Positions 37,121 to 46,706 of a DNA stretch of 64,000 nucleotides are shown here, in pieces. Below the pieces are notes generated by a model. That model had not been told where the DNA came from, searched no databases, and was given only the letters and a program-made list of their open reading frames with translations. Position numbers and translations under genes: made by a program. Within the stretch, counting starts at the first letter, position 1. The number at the start of each line of letters is the position of its first letter. The DNA comes from a virus: the IMG/VR virus record IMGVR_UViG_3300026076_000001; one strand, given 5' to 3'.

Positions 37121-39283
37121 TTAACTGACCATATCCACAAATGATGAGAGTATCTTTTTGTTGACACTCTTATTACCAAGAGATCTCTTGAAAGCAGCTT
37201 TGATCTTTGCTTTAGTTGCACCTTCATCAACCTCAAACTCAGTGTTGAGACCTAGGTTCTTGTTAGGCATTAGATACAACTCATCATATCCAAGAGACTT
37301 CTTAACAACTAAGGACTTGTCTCTTCTAAGTCTTGCTTTAATTTCATCTCTGGAAATTCCACGCTCCATCCAGTCGCATAGATTAGATGCATTACGTATC
37401 CAGTAAGAAACATCCCTACCCTCGATAAGTCTGAAACTAACAAAGTTGGATTCTGGAAACGTTTCTTTAAGATCTTGGATATAGATGCCAAGATTTGACA
37501 TATAATTACCTGAAAAACGATCAAAAACACGCCCCGTACGATTATTGCGAAGAGCAGCACGATGCTCCACAGTTCTCGTAAGGAGTTCTTCATCCCTGTA
37601 ATGGTCTTGCTCAGTCGTGTAGACTCCTGCGTGGGATTCTCCATCACTCAAAATAATACAGTTTAATTTTTCTACTCCATACTTCTTGCGGAAGTAAGGT
37701 ATTACAGTATGTAGAGATACTATTGCATCTGACAGTGGTGTACCACCTAAGTACAATCCAAGTGGATGTCCTAGTGCACGTGAACCTTCAAATACTTCTC
37801 CACCGCTATAGCTAGAATAGTATGCACCCAAACGGAACATATACTTTAACTGTTGCTCAAATTCATTACCACTAAGATCGGTGGTAAGCACATTAACAAG
37901 ATTAAAACAATCTCCAAAGGAGTATTTGTAAGCTGTACTTCTGTCTGGTCTGTGGTTTTCATTAGCATCTCTAGCCCATTCAGTTGTGAATAGATACGCA
38001 TTGAATGGTATCTGTGCCTTCTTACAGAACCAAGCTATATTGATGAGTTGCTTCACCATATTGAAGCATACATCACTTATAGATCCAGACCAGTCAACTA
38101 GTGCAATTAACCCGTGGTTCTTACCATCAGGGAGAACTGTTACCCGCTTAAACAAGTCCTCATTGTACTTGTAAGTATGTAGTAACCCAGTGTTCAAAAT
38201 ACCAGTTTTACTAGTAGATGCACGTGCATATGCTGCTGCTGATTTCTTACACTCAAACTCTTTAACAAGATAATTTACTTCTCTTGCAGCTTCTTTACGG
38301 TAAGAAAGGAATGCTTCATCAGCAAAGTGAACTGGATCATATCCAAAAGACTTATAGAGTGTAGAATAATGCTCTTCGCATCTCTCCATAAAATTTTTGT
38401 TAGGAACAACGATGTCATCATACTTACCTCTTTTGATCTCAATGATATCGATCTCTTCATAAGTATTTGATGATGCTAGATCTCTTAACTTACCTGCTAA
38501 GGATTCAACAGTAGATAGATCTTCTGGTTTGAGTTCTTGCTCACTACCATCATCAAATCCACCACCACCTTCTTGCTCAATTCCATCTTCACCTTCACCT
38601 TCACCAGTTTGAGACTTAAACTTATCGTCACCTTCTTCTGACTCACCCTCGGATTCTTCACCCCAGTCAGATGATGGTTGCTGACTCTCAGGAGTACCGC
38701 TTGTATTGCCCTCAGGTGCTTCTTGCTGCTGTTGAGGATGTTCTACATCCTTTCTATAGTTCCAGAGGACTCTCGCTGCTTCTACAGCATCTTCAAAGGT
38801 TTCAACTCTATCAATCTGTTCTACAATTGCTTGCTCAACTTCATTGAAAGGGATCTCAACATAGTTTCCAATCTTGAAATGAAGATTGACTCTATCTGCC
38901 ATAGTGAACTTAGTAAGATCTTGCTCCCATACACTGAAGAAATCTTGCTGATTGAGTTGCTTATAACCTTCGTAGAATGTCTTACGTAAACCAGGAAACT
39001 TACGCTTCATCAACTTCTCTATACGTACATCCTCTGTGATATTCAAGTAACCCTGAGGTACACCCAGAGTATGCATATCAACATTAGGAGTGAATAAAGC
39101 GTGTCCTACTTCGTGTCCTACAAGAAGGTCATAGATTGTATTGGTTAGACCCTTCCAGATAGGAAGTGTCAAAATTCTTTTGTTTACATCGAATGATGCA
39201 GTGTCAACAACTTTGTGTTGAACGATAAGGTTTTCAGTAGCTAGAAGTTTAGCAAGGTTACCTTTAACTTCGTAGTGGGACAT
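37121..39283 (-). CDS. HEXXH metallopeptidase-like / VWA (CobT-like) protein
   Basis: HEVGH; MIDAS DWSGS, GGTP, LSDGE; acidic linker; likely start MSHYEV at 39283. Confidence 0.8.
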   Translation of the reverse strand: MSHYEVKGNLAKLLATENLIVQHKVVDTASFDVNKRILTLPIWKGLTNTIYDLLVGHEVGHALFTPNVDMHTLGVPQGYLNITEDVRIEKLMKRKFPGLRKTFYEGYKQLNQQDFFSVWEQDLTKFTMADRVNLHFKIGNYVEIPFNEVEQAIVEQIDRVETFEDAVEAARVLWNYRKDVEHPQQQQEAPEGNTSGTPESQQPSSDWGEESEGESEEGDDKFKSQTGEGEGEDGIEQEGGGGFDDGSEQELKPEDLSTVESLAGKLRDLASSNTYEEIDIIEIKRGKYDDIVVPNKNFMERCEEHYSTLYKSFGYDPVHFADEAFLSYRKEAAREVNYLVKEFECKKSAAAYARASTSKTGILNTGLLHTYKYNEDLFKRVTVLPDGKNHGLIALVDWSGSISDVCFNMVKQLINIAWFCKKAQIPFNAYLFTTEWARDANENHRPDRSTAYKYSFGDCFNLVNVLTTDLSGNEFEQQLKYMFRLGAYYSSYSGGEVFEGSRALGHPLGLYLGGTPLSDAIVSLHTVIPYFRKKYGVEKLNCIILSDGESHAGVYTTEQDHYRDEELLTRTVEHRAALRNNRTGRVFDRFSGNYMSNLGIYIQDLKETFPESNFVSFRLIEGRDVSYWIRNASNLCDWMERGISRDEIKARLRRDKSLVVKKSLGYDELYLMPNKNLGLNTEFEVDEGATKAKIKAAFKRSLGNKSVNKKILSSFVDMVS

Positions 39284-39454
39284 AGGGTGTTCGTTTCTTA
39301 TGTCCTTATTATACAAAGAAACCCTCCGCTTGGGAGGGTTCAGTAGACACTTTATCAACTGTCTACGTCGTGCTCTCGCTTGACGCAGTGCCTGTGGTTT
39401 TAGTTTTCTTTTGGCTTCCTTCTTTGAGTGATGCTGCCAGTTTGGAACTTTCAT
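39284..39454 (-). CDS. Small basic protein (MKVPNWQHHSKK...) in frame with the VWA gene
   Basis: Arg/Lys-rich; no stop before the VWA start; internal terminator hairpin at 39320-39340. Confidence 0.45.
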
Positions 39455-39554
39455 TTAATTTCTCCAGAGCGGCTAGTACTTCGGGAGTCTCTTCCCAACT
39501 CCACGTTTCTTCTCGACCTTTCTTATCTATCTTGGTGAATGTTTTAACAGTCAT
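39363..39554 (-). CDS. Small hypothetical protein
   Basis: TFTKIDKKGREE.W.WEETPE. Confidence 0.5.
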   Translation of the reverse strand: MTVKTFTKIDKKGREETWSWEETPEVLAALEKLNESSKLAASLKEGSQKKTKTTGTASSESTT

Positions 39555-39751
39555 ACTGTAAGATCCTCCGACTTGATTGAAAATAGAATGTCATCTAGTT
39601 CCTGTATGTGTTCTATATTAAACACCATCTCGCTAACGTGCTTGATGAGGAATGGACTTTCTGATCTGGCAGCAAAGGCAAGTGCTTCTCGCAAATGCTT
39701 CTGTGCTTCTGCTAGTTCGGTTTTAACTTGTTCTGAAATTTGTGTTTGCAT
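39551..39751 (-). CDS. Small hypothetical protein
   Basis: Coupled ORF; LREALAFAARSE. Confidence 0.6.
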   Translation of the reverse strand: MQTQISEQVKTELAEAQKHLREALAFAARSESPFLIKHVSEMVFNIEHIQELDDILFSIKSEDLTV

Positions 39752-41463
39752 TAATCGGACTCCATAGTAAGTGAGTCGGGACCACCAGATTCCTTGATCT
39801 CTAGATGTGAGAAGTTTTGTGGTTTGGAGAACTGTAGTACCCGCATAAATTTATCTGTCAAGTTATCACGGTGCGAGATAACAAATACGTTTGACCTGTC
39901 GTTAAACGTTCTGAGGATGAATGATAACTCATCTGACCCTACTGTGTCAAGTGATCCATCAAATATTTCATCAAGGATAAGGAGGTTGGTGTCAACGCTG
40001 TTCTTTAGTTTAGCAATGGATCGCCAAGTTAGCAACAAACTGATATCAATACGTGCTTTCTCACCCTCTGAAAAATTTTCATATGAGAACTCATCAATGT
40101 ATCTAGACTTCAGGACTTCCTTAAACTCTTCGTCTAATGTAAAATTACAATAGAACTGTAGTTTATTTAAGTACTGGTTGATGAGTTTATTCATCACAGG
40201 TAGGTACTTCTTAATAATTCTTGTCTTGATACCTGAATCTCTAAGCAACAAACTAGCAGTCATATGAACGTCTAATTGTTTCTTAGAATCTATAAGTGAC
40301 AAGGTGACAGACTTTAAATCCTCTTGCATATCAAGCAGTTTTGTAGCTTCTTGCTCTATAGAAGAGCTAGAAGATTCCAGATCTTTCTGCTGTGCAGTTA
40401 GTGCCTTTATGGTACCGTTCTGTGTATGTGTGATTTGTATCTGTTCAGATATTGATCCGCTAAGTTCTCTTAACTTATCTAATGGCGAAATAACTTCAGC
40501 AAGACGAGCATCGATATCTTCAAACGCTCCGTTGATTTCATCGATCTTAGTATCGAGTTCTGAGATCCGTTCACGTTTTAACTCCTCACTTAGTGACTGT
40601 TTACAGGTGGGACAGGAATCTGTTTTGATATAGAATCCTTTATCTTTGTTGAGTTTGTTTACTTTAGATTTTAATTTCTTACCTAGATCTTTTAGTTGCT
40701 TCTCCTGTTTCTCTGGATCATTTAATTCTGCTATCTCATCATTCAACTCTGCTATCATCTCATTAGCTTGAGTTATCTTAGCAACACATTTATTTTGTTC
40801 TTCTAAGATGTTCTCTAATTGTTGTCTTTGTTTTGATTCTAGTTGTGTGATGAACCCTTCTTGTAGAGTTATCTTCTCCTTAACGCTTTGAGCGTTTAGT
40901 TCGTGCACCTGCACTGCATCCCTGATCTCTTTCAACCTGATTTTCAGGATCTCATTCATAGAAGAGAAGACATTAATATCTAGGAGGTCTTCAATAATTT
41001 CTCTACGTTGTGCTCCTGGAAGTCTCATAAATGGAACAAATGTTGATGATCCAAGTACGACTATCTGAGTGAAAGATTTATAGTTTAGCTTTAATATATT
41101 TTTCTCAAGAGTCTTCTGCTGATCTACGACCTTAGAGTCTTGATCAAGCATCTTACCATTCTCCCATATCTCAAAATAGTTTGGTTTGATACCACGTTTA
41201 ATGTGATAGTATCTTTGACCTATCTGAAATTCTACTTCTACTACAGTACCTTTATCGTTTACACTATTGACAAGTTGTGATTTACTGATCTTTCTAAATG
41301 GTTTTCCAAACAATCCAAAAGTAAAGGCATCAAGGACAGTACTTTTACCTGCACCATTGCTACCTATAATAAGATTAGTTTTATGAGTTATTATATCAAT
41401 CTCGGTGAATGTATCACCCGTGCTCAGGAGGTTTTTCCATCTTATCTTCTGGAACTGGATCAT
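39751..41463 (-). CDS. gp46: Recombination endonuclease subunit (SbcC/Rad50-like)
   Basis: GSNGAGKST, CPTC hook, FSEGEK, LILDE. Confidence 0.96.
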   Translation of the reverse strand: MIQFQKIRWKNLLSTGDTFTEIDIITHKTNLIIGSNGAGKSTVLDAFTFGLFGKPFRKISKSQLVNSVNDKGTVVEVEFQIGQRYYHIKRGIKPNYFEIWENGKMLDQDSKVVDQQKTLEKNILKLNYKSFTQIVVLGSSTFVPFMRLPGAQRREIIEDLLDINVFSSMNEILKIRLKEIRDAVQVHELNAQSVKEKITLQEGFITQLESKQRQQLENILEEQNKCVAKITQANEMIAELNDEIAELNDPEKQEKQLKDLGKKLKSKVNKLNKDKGFYIKTDSCPTCKQSLSEELKRERISELDTKIDEINGAFEDIDARLAEVISPLDKLRELSGSISEQIQITHTQNGTIKALTAQQKDLESSSSSIEQEATKLLDMQEDLKSVTLSLIDSKKQLDVHMTASLLLRDSGIKTRIIKKYLPVMNKLINQYLNKLQFYCNFTLDEEFKEVLKSRYIDEFSYENFSEGEKARIDISLLLTWRSIAKLKNSVDTNLLILDEIFDGSLDTVGSDELSFILRTFNDRSNVFVISHRDNLTDKFMRVLQFSKPQNFSHLEIKESGGPDSLTMESD

Positions 41464-41728
41464 CAGGTTCTATCACAGGGGGAATAACAAGTTCATCAGG
41501 AGTGATGATACTGTACTTAGAATTGGTTTGCTCACACGTGGCAATGACCTGACGGTCTTCAACTTCAGTGATGGCCATAGGAGGAAAATCCTCTTCTGCC
41601 TCTAGAAGTGTAGCATACCGCAAAGCGTCGTCTTTGTCAACAAAGAGATACAAAACGTTCTCATCTATCTCATCACGGACAGCATAAGCCCCCTCCTTGC
41701 CCATTCCTTGTAGTGTGATGATGAACAT
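41414..41728 (-). CDS. Conserved cyanophage hypothetical protein
   Basis: EGAYAV...VLYLF..KDDA.RYA..LE. Confidence 0.65.
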   Translation of the reverse strand: MFIITLQGMGKEGAYAVRDEIDENVLYLFVDKDDALRYATLLEAEEDFPPMAITEVEDRQVIATCEQTNSKYSIITPDELVIPPVIEPDDPVPEDKMEKPPEHG

Positions 41729-42759
41729 TAAACAGCTTCACAACTCTCAATATATAGTGATTTCATCAATTTCTTGAGGTCGGTTTTATCTACATTAACC
41801 TCCACGTCATCTAGGTATTCATCCAGTAATTGCAAGGTATCTTTAACATCAATATCATTTGCTTGTGGATCCTCAAAGACTCCAACCTTCTCTATAACAC
41901 TAACATCTAATGCACCCTCATCATATAATGAGTTTAGCATCTGCTCAAACCGAGCATAGTTAGTTTTCTGTTCTACTATAACCTTAACGTATTGTCCTTT
42001 ATAATTCTTTGGTTCTATCTCTGTGTCATCACTCCAGTATATCTTAGAGAAGATCTCATATGGATTCTTAATGAACTCTAGTTCAAAGGTATCTGTATCA
42101 AAGCTATGAAATCCACGAGGATCTCCATAGTCATTCCAATAGATCTGATATGGATTACCTAGGTAAGTTACGTTACCTTTCGTGCTCTTATGATGGAAGT
42201 GGCCACTGAATACGAGATCAAAGTTTGCAAAAGTACTAGCGTCCATACCGTGTTCGTAGACGAAGCCAGGACGAGCAAGATAGCCACGGAGCTCAAGATG
42301 ACCCATTGCGACTTTAGAAGTACTCCGTTGTATAGTCTGAAGAGATTTGTCATAATTATCGGGACATATCCAAGGTACAAATAGTATAGAGGTACCTCCT
42401 ATATCTAGATCAAGAGCATCCTGATAACAATACACATTGTCATATTCAGACAATAACATATACAATGTATTAAGATCGTTTGTATTTTTATAGTATGCTG
42501 TATGGTTACCTACGATAGTATGGACAGTAATATCCATAGCTCTAAGAGTGTCGTAGTATCTTCTTGCCCATTGCAAGGTAACGAAGTCTATACTCTTTCT
42601 ATTATCAAACGTATCTCCTAGATCTAGTAGAGTGGTTATATTATTCTTTTTTAACCACGGGAAGAATACATTATCGTAAAATTCTGAGTAGTAGTCTAGG
42701 TATACCTGACTACCTTTATGGCTACCAAAATGTTGGTCGGTGATGATACCTACTTTCAT
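41728..42759 (-). CDS. gp47: Recombination endonuclease subunit (SbcD/Mre11-like)
   Basis: TDQHFG, LGDTFD, VGNH, GHLE, SGHFH. Confidence 0.96.
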   Translation of the reverse strand: MKVGIITDQHFGSHKGSQVYLDYYSEFYDNVFFPWLKKNNITTLLDLGDTFDNRKSIDFVTLQWARRYYDTLRAMDITVHTIVGNHTAYYKNTNDLNTLYMLLSEYDNVYCYQDALDLDIGGTSILFVPWICPDNYDKSLQTIQRSTSKVAMGHLELRGYLARPGFVYEHGMDASTFANFDLVFSGHFHHKSTKGNVTYLGNPYQIYWNDYGDPRGFHSFDTDTFELEFIKNPYEIFSKIYWSDDTEIEPKNYKGQYVKVIVEQKTNYARFEQMLNSLYDEGALDVSVIEKVGVFEDPQANDIDVKDTLQLLDEYLDDVEVNVDKTDLKKLMKSLYIESCEAV

Positions 42760-42935
42760 TTTTTAGTCGTGTTGCTTCTTGTTCTGTTTATGATAGTAAT
42801 GAATTTGTCACCAGCAAAACTACCAGCAAGACATACGTCAATCTCATCACCATCCAACCAGTTCATCTCACCATTCATTTTGGTGTGTAGCATTGCCAAT
42901 TGAATCTTGTCAATGACTTCTTGTTTTAATATCAT
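42756..42935 (-). CDS. Small hypothetical protein (59 aa, MILKQEVIDKIQLAMLHTK...)
   Basis: Translated by hand; ATGA coupling at both ends. Confidence 0.6.
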   Translation of the reverse strand: MILKQEVIDKIQLAMLHTKMNGEMNWLDGDEIDVCLAGSFAGDKFITIINRTRSNTTKK

Positions 42936-43432
42936 CGGGACATTCTAATCTCGATGTTCTCCTTGATGCTATTCATATCGGAATCCGAACTACCCATCCC
43001 TGTCATACTACCATCATATTTGTCAGAATGCAACACCTCGCTATATCCTGATCTCTCTATAAGCTTTGTACGTATCTCCAACTGCTTCTTCTCTTTCTGA
43101 ATCTTTCTTAGGAATGCGTAGTAAATAATCTGTGTGAAGTAAGCAAAGGGGTTCTTAGATTTCTCTGGATCAAAGTTGTCCACATACTGCAAGCAGTTCT
43201 CTATACCATCGCAGACCATATCCTCTCTGAACATATAGTTCACGAAGTTTGGTTTATATGATAGGTGAGTAGCAATCTTTAAGAAGCACTCAGCGATGTA
43301 GGGGGTCAGTCGAGGACGTGGTAAATCATTCTGCTTTGCAAAATGCACCTTCTCTCTGTATGCCACAATCGCAGCCAAGAAGTCTTTATTATTGACGTAA
43401 TACTCCGTCTTGACTTTAGATCGCATTGCCAT
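42932..43432 (-). CDS. gp55: Late-transcription sigma factor
   Basis: YVNNK.F, KIATHLS.KPNF..Y..REDMV.DGIE, NPFAYFTQI. Confidence 0.95.
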   Translation of the reverse strand: MAMRSKVKTEYYVNNKDFLAAIVAYREKVHFAKQNDLPRPRLTPYIAECFLKIATHLSYKPNFVNYMFREDMVCDGIENCLQYVDNFDPEKSKNPFAYFTQIIYYAFLRKIQKEKKQLEIRTKLIERSGYSEVLHSDKYDGSMTGMGSSDSDMNSIKENIEIRMSR

Positions 43433-43457
43433 AGGTATATGTTCCTTTTATGTGGTT

Positions 43458-43487
43458 ATTATAGCACACCGCCTAAGGGCTTGACAA
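43458..43487 (-). promoter_or_regulatory. sigma70-type promoter for gp55
   Basis: TTGTCA (43482-43487), 18 nt spacer, TGC-TATAAT (43458-43463). Confidence 0.65.
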
Positions 43488-43509
43488 GTACTCTAAATCT
43501 CTATAGAAT
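43481..43509 (+). promoter_or_regulatory. Antisense (plus-strand) sigma70 promoter
   Basis: TTGACA (43481-43486), 17 nt spacer, TAGAAT (43504-43509). Confidence 0.65.
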
Positions 43510-43533
43510 AACAGTGTCGCTGTTCAGGGGAAA

Positions 43534-43965
43534 TTAGGTCCTAAACATTTTCTCAAACAGAGTCCGAGCTTTATTGACAGAACCTAGGTTACCCATTTCG
43601 AGTGTGGGTCTGATCCTGTTAGGAATAGAGTTACGGAAAACCATTTCAATATTCTCTTGATAAAAGTCGGCAATCGGTTTGTTGGCTGTTGCCATCGTTA
43701 TTATATTAGCACGATCTATCACAAATGTCTCGTCTGGTGACATACAAGACTTCATCCACAGATCTAGCTTGAATCCTTTAATCACAGTTGAACGATCTGA
43801 CGCATTTGCTTCTAACACTTGCATCGGATTGTGAAGCATTATTACAGACTCATCTTCAGGTGGGTACGTAATACCCGCAATGAGCTCATCCCCCGTCGCC
43901 AATTTTACCGTACCGATAAAATCAAACGGTTCTCCTTCTGGTGTGAATTGGATTTCAGTTTCCAT
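43534..43965 (-). CDS. Conserved Sm-like hypothetical protein
   Basis: GTVKLATGDELIA...LHNPM...W. Confidence 0.65.
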   Translation of the reverse strand: METEIQFTPEGEPFDFIGTVKLATGDELIAGITYPPEDESVIMLHNPMQVLEANASDRSTVIKGFKLDLWMKSCMSPDETFVIDRANIITMATANKPIADFYQENIEMVFRNSIPNRIRPTLEMGNLGSVNKARTLFEKMFRT

Positions 43966-43968
43966 AGG

Positions 43969-45444
43969 CTAGAATTTGGATTGGACTTTTATGATTTCAT
44001 AATCGAAGTTCTCTTGTTCATAAATTTTCAAGCGTTCTTCAAAGTGTTTGTATGTAAAATTTTTCCATTCTCCGCGTGAGATATTATCGCTAATATCATA
44101 GAGTGTGGCTACTGTTTTGCCTTTTCCTCTACGAAGGACTCTACCAATTGACTGGAGGTTTCTAATACGGGATTTACTGGGGCTTGCGAACACGATATTG
44201 TGAAGACGCTTAATATTGATACCAGTACTAAAAGTCCCATAGGACGCAACGATGATAGCATTTTCTTCTAGTTCAGTGATTCTGCGGACCTCTTCACGGT
44301 CTTCTGTATCTACACCTCCGTGTACAAAGAAGACTTTTCGATCCTTTACACTGGTATTTATCAAATTGTAAAGCGGTTCTCCGTGTCTTTCCACATAGTT
44401 GAACAACACGAGAGTGTTTCCACTCACGTCTAAACATAAATTCTTTATAAGGTTGTTACGTTTGGTGTGTGATATGAGGTAATCTATCTCATCTTGATAA
44501 CTATCAAACGTACCCCACTCGTGCTTTAGCACTAGACACTTCACCTTCAATGGTGTAAGATGACCCTTGTCCATTAGATCTTTGGTTTTAATGAGCTGCT
44601 CACAAGGTCCGAACAACCCTTCAAGGATCCACTTGTGTGTCAGAGTTCCGTCTAACGTACCAGTAAAACCAATTCTATATTTACAGGAGTGAAGCTTAGT
44701 CATAATCTTAGTCAGTGACTTAGATTTGAACAGGTGAGCTTCATCACCTAAAACCACATCAAATTTTTCAAAGAACTTTCTAGGTTCCTTGTAAATAGAT
44801 TGCCAAGTGGTTATAGTTACATTTGCTTTAGCATACTTATCCGCACCCGCATAAATTCGATGACAATGTTTTCTCGCATTCCAACCATACTCTATAAAGT
44901 CCTGATACATCTGTTCTACAAGAGAAGTAGTAGGAACGACAAGAAGTACTTTCCTTCTTTGGGCAACGTGAAATCTCGTAATCGCATACACCATCAGGGA
45001 TTTCCCCGAACCCGTGGGAGAAAGAAGGAGTTTACGATTGTACCTAAGAGCTAAAGTAACACCCTCTATCTGATACGGTCGTGGTTCTATCTTTTCAAAT
45101 CTACTGTTCTTGAGTATGTTCTTCATAAACATACGCACAGCTACTTGACTAATATCGTTTATCTCGTACGGTAAACCGAAATGATCATTGTCTTGGTAGT
45201 GTAGTGTGTACTTCATTGTTGCACACCACTGCTGGATATGCTCAGTTAGTCCACCGTATATCTCACCATTGCCAGGAGAGTATAAACGGATCTTACCGTC
45301 CCATACTTTATTCCTGTACAGTGGCATAAACTTTGCCTCAGGAACATCAAAGGTAAAGTACTCTGATAGTTCTCTGTGTACGTGTTCCTCAGCCTTAACT
45401 ATATTGTAGACTTCGTTCTTCTTATGTAAAGTAATTCTAGCCAC
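43969..45444 (-). CDS. uvsW: RNA-DNA/DNA-DNA helicase
   Basis: SPTGSGKS, GDEAH, GFTGT, QSIGRVLR; GTG start at 45444. Confidence 0.96.
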   Translation of the reverse strand: MARITLHKKNEVYNIVKAEEHVHRELSEYFTFDVPEAKFMPLYRNKVWDGKIRLYSPGNGEIYGGLTEHIQQWCATMKYTLHYQDNDHFGLPYEINDISQVAVRMFMKNILKNSRFEKIEPRPYQIEGVTLALRYNRKLLLSPTGSGKSLMVYAITRFHVAQRRKVLLVVPTTSLVEQMYQDFIEYGWNARKHCHRIYAGADKYAKANVTITTWQSIYKEPRKFFEKFDVVLGDEAHLFKSKSLTKIMTKLHSCKYRIGFTGTLDGTLTHKWILEGLFGPCEQLIKTKDLMDKGHLTPLKVKCLVLKHEWGTFDSYQDEIDYLISHTKRNNLIKNLCLDVSGNTLVLFNYVERHGEPLYNLINTSVKDRKVFFVHGGVDTEDREEVRRITELEENAIIVASYGTFSTGINIKRLHNIVFASPSKSRIRNLQSIGRVLRRGKGKTVATLYDISDNISRGEWKNFTYKHFEERLKIYEQENFDYEIIKVQSKF

Positions 45445-45880
45445 TTCTAAACTTCTCCCATTCAATAGCGTTTTTTATCTGGTATTGACGTGCGGAGATT
45501 TGCTTGAGTACAGACTCAAGGAAGTATAGTATAATCTTGAAGAACTCGATCCTTGCTTTAATCTTACAGAGATCTTCATCTGCATCAAGAAACATCTCCA
45601 CCTCATCTTTGGTGGTTAGTTTTAAATCAAAAGGAATATCTTTATACGCTTCTGCTGGTGCTTTCTTTTTGTAGTACATCCACTTTTCTTTAAGTTTAAA
45701 CTTAAGTTCAAACTCTTTATCCAATAACTTATGCTTCCAATCTACGTATTGATCTAAGTACTTAGAATGTAGATAGGGAGTTTCGTTACAAGCTTTTAAG
45801 AAATCGGGATAACCATCATTACCATCAAGAATAGTAGAGTCTTTTCTCCACTGGTCTTTTAAATCATCAAGAAGGGACAT
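45437..45880 (-). CDS. uvsY: Recombination mediator
   Basis: P.LHSKYL, KW.YY, RQYQIKNAIEW.KF..G. Confidence 0.88.
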   Translation of the reverse strand: MSLLDDLKDQWRKDSTILDGNDGYPDFLKACNETPYLHSKYLDQYVDWKHKLLDKEFELKFKLKEKWMYYKKKAPAEAYKDIPFDLKLTTKDEVEMFLDADEDLCKIKARIEFFKIILYFLESVLKQISARQYQIKNAIEWEKFRSG

Positions 45881-46391
45881 ACTTACTGGATTGCAAATTC
45901 AAAAACTCATAGAACGAATACTTAAAAGTAACCGTTGCTTGTAAAAATTCTACATCAGTAGCTGCCACATTGAGTGGTAATGTAGTTAATGACACAGGAA
46001 AGAGGTCATTAAAATTGATATAGAAATTAGGATTTAACTGATTAGTTAATATGAATAACTGTCCTGAAGCGAATTGTACTTCCTTTTCCGTATCTGGTTC
46101 ATACGCTAAGGTAGTATCATTGATCCAATTCCATAGAGACAAATAATTTTTTAGATCTTCATCTACTAGAAACTGTACTTGAAAGTCGCCAAAGGATGTT
46201 CCACCTGAAGCAGGGATAGGCAAACGTCGCCTTGGTGTAGATACCTCATTCACTACGGCAGAGATATCAGGTATCGAAGTTTGTTGACAGAAAAAATCTA
46301 CAGAAGGAAACAGATCTAGCTCCAGTTTAAAACCAACTGGTGATAGAAAGTTTCTGTTAGATGGTTGCTGACTAACCCAGTTAGCTGGCAT
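45867..46391 (-). CDS. gp3: Tail completion / sheath stabiliser
   Basis: NFLSP.GF...FFCQ...IP.I, FLVDEDLKNY, A.VTFKY; CTAAATA at 46416-46422. Confidence 0.8.
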   Translation of the reverse strand: MPANWVSQQPSNRNFLSPVGFKLELDLFPSVDFFCQQTSIPDISAVVNEVSTPRRRLPIPASGGTSFGDFQVQFLVDEDLKNYLSLWNWINDTTLAYEPDTEKEVQFASGQLFILTNQLNPNFYINFNDLFPVSLTTLPLNVAATDVEFLQATVTFKYSFYEFLNLQSSKYVPS

Positions 46392-46418
46392 CGACTCATC
46401 AGTTCATTACAAGACTAT

Positions 46419-46640
46419 TTAGTCCTTGTACATTACCCAGTTTTCAGCAAAGTCTTCGCAGTATATTAAATTATCGTAGTAGCGATGATAAGAAGAAGTA
46501 GCCCCCTTAATAAAATCGGTCGCACGTATACAACGTCTGTCGTACTCAACGCATATAGCACAGAATCTTCCGTCATCTTCTTCGACAACGAGTGCTGATC
46601 TTCTATCATTGTCGGAATAGTAAGTGGAGTGTCTAATCAT
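46419..46640 (-). CDS. Small hypothetical protein with its own promoter
   Basis: Start MIRHSTYY at 46640; TGC-TATAAT at 46648-46656. Confidence 0.55.
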   Translation of the reverse strand: MIRHSTYYSDNDRRSALVVEEDDGRFCAICVEYDRRCIRATDFIKGATSSYHRYYDNLIYCEDFAENWVMYKD

Positions 46641-46657
46641 AGTTATAATTATAGCAT

Positions 46658-46687
46658 AAAAAAAGAGACCCACAAGGAGTCTCTTTT
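46658..46687 (-). terminator. gp23 terminator
   Basis: AAAAGAGAC/GTCTCTTTT stem (46661-46687) with a T7 run. Confidence 0.8.
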
Positions 46688-46706
46688 GATATATTGTGAT
46701 AATAGA

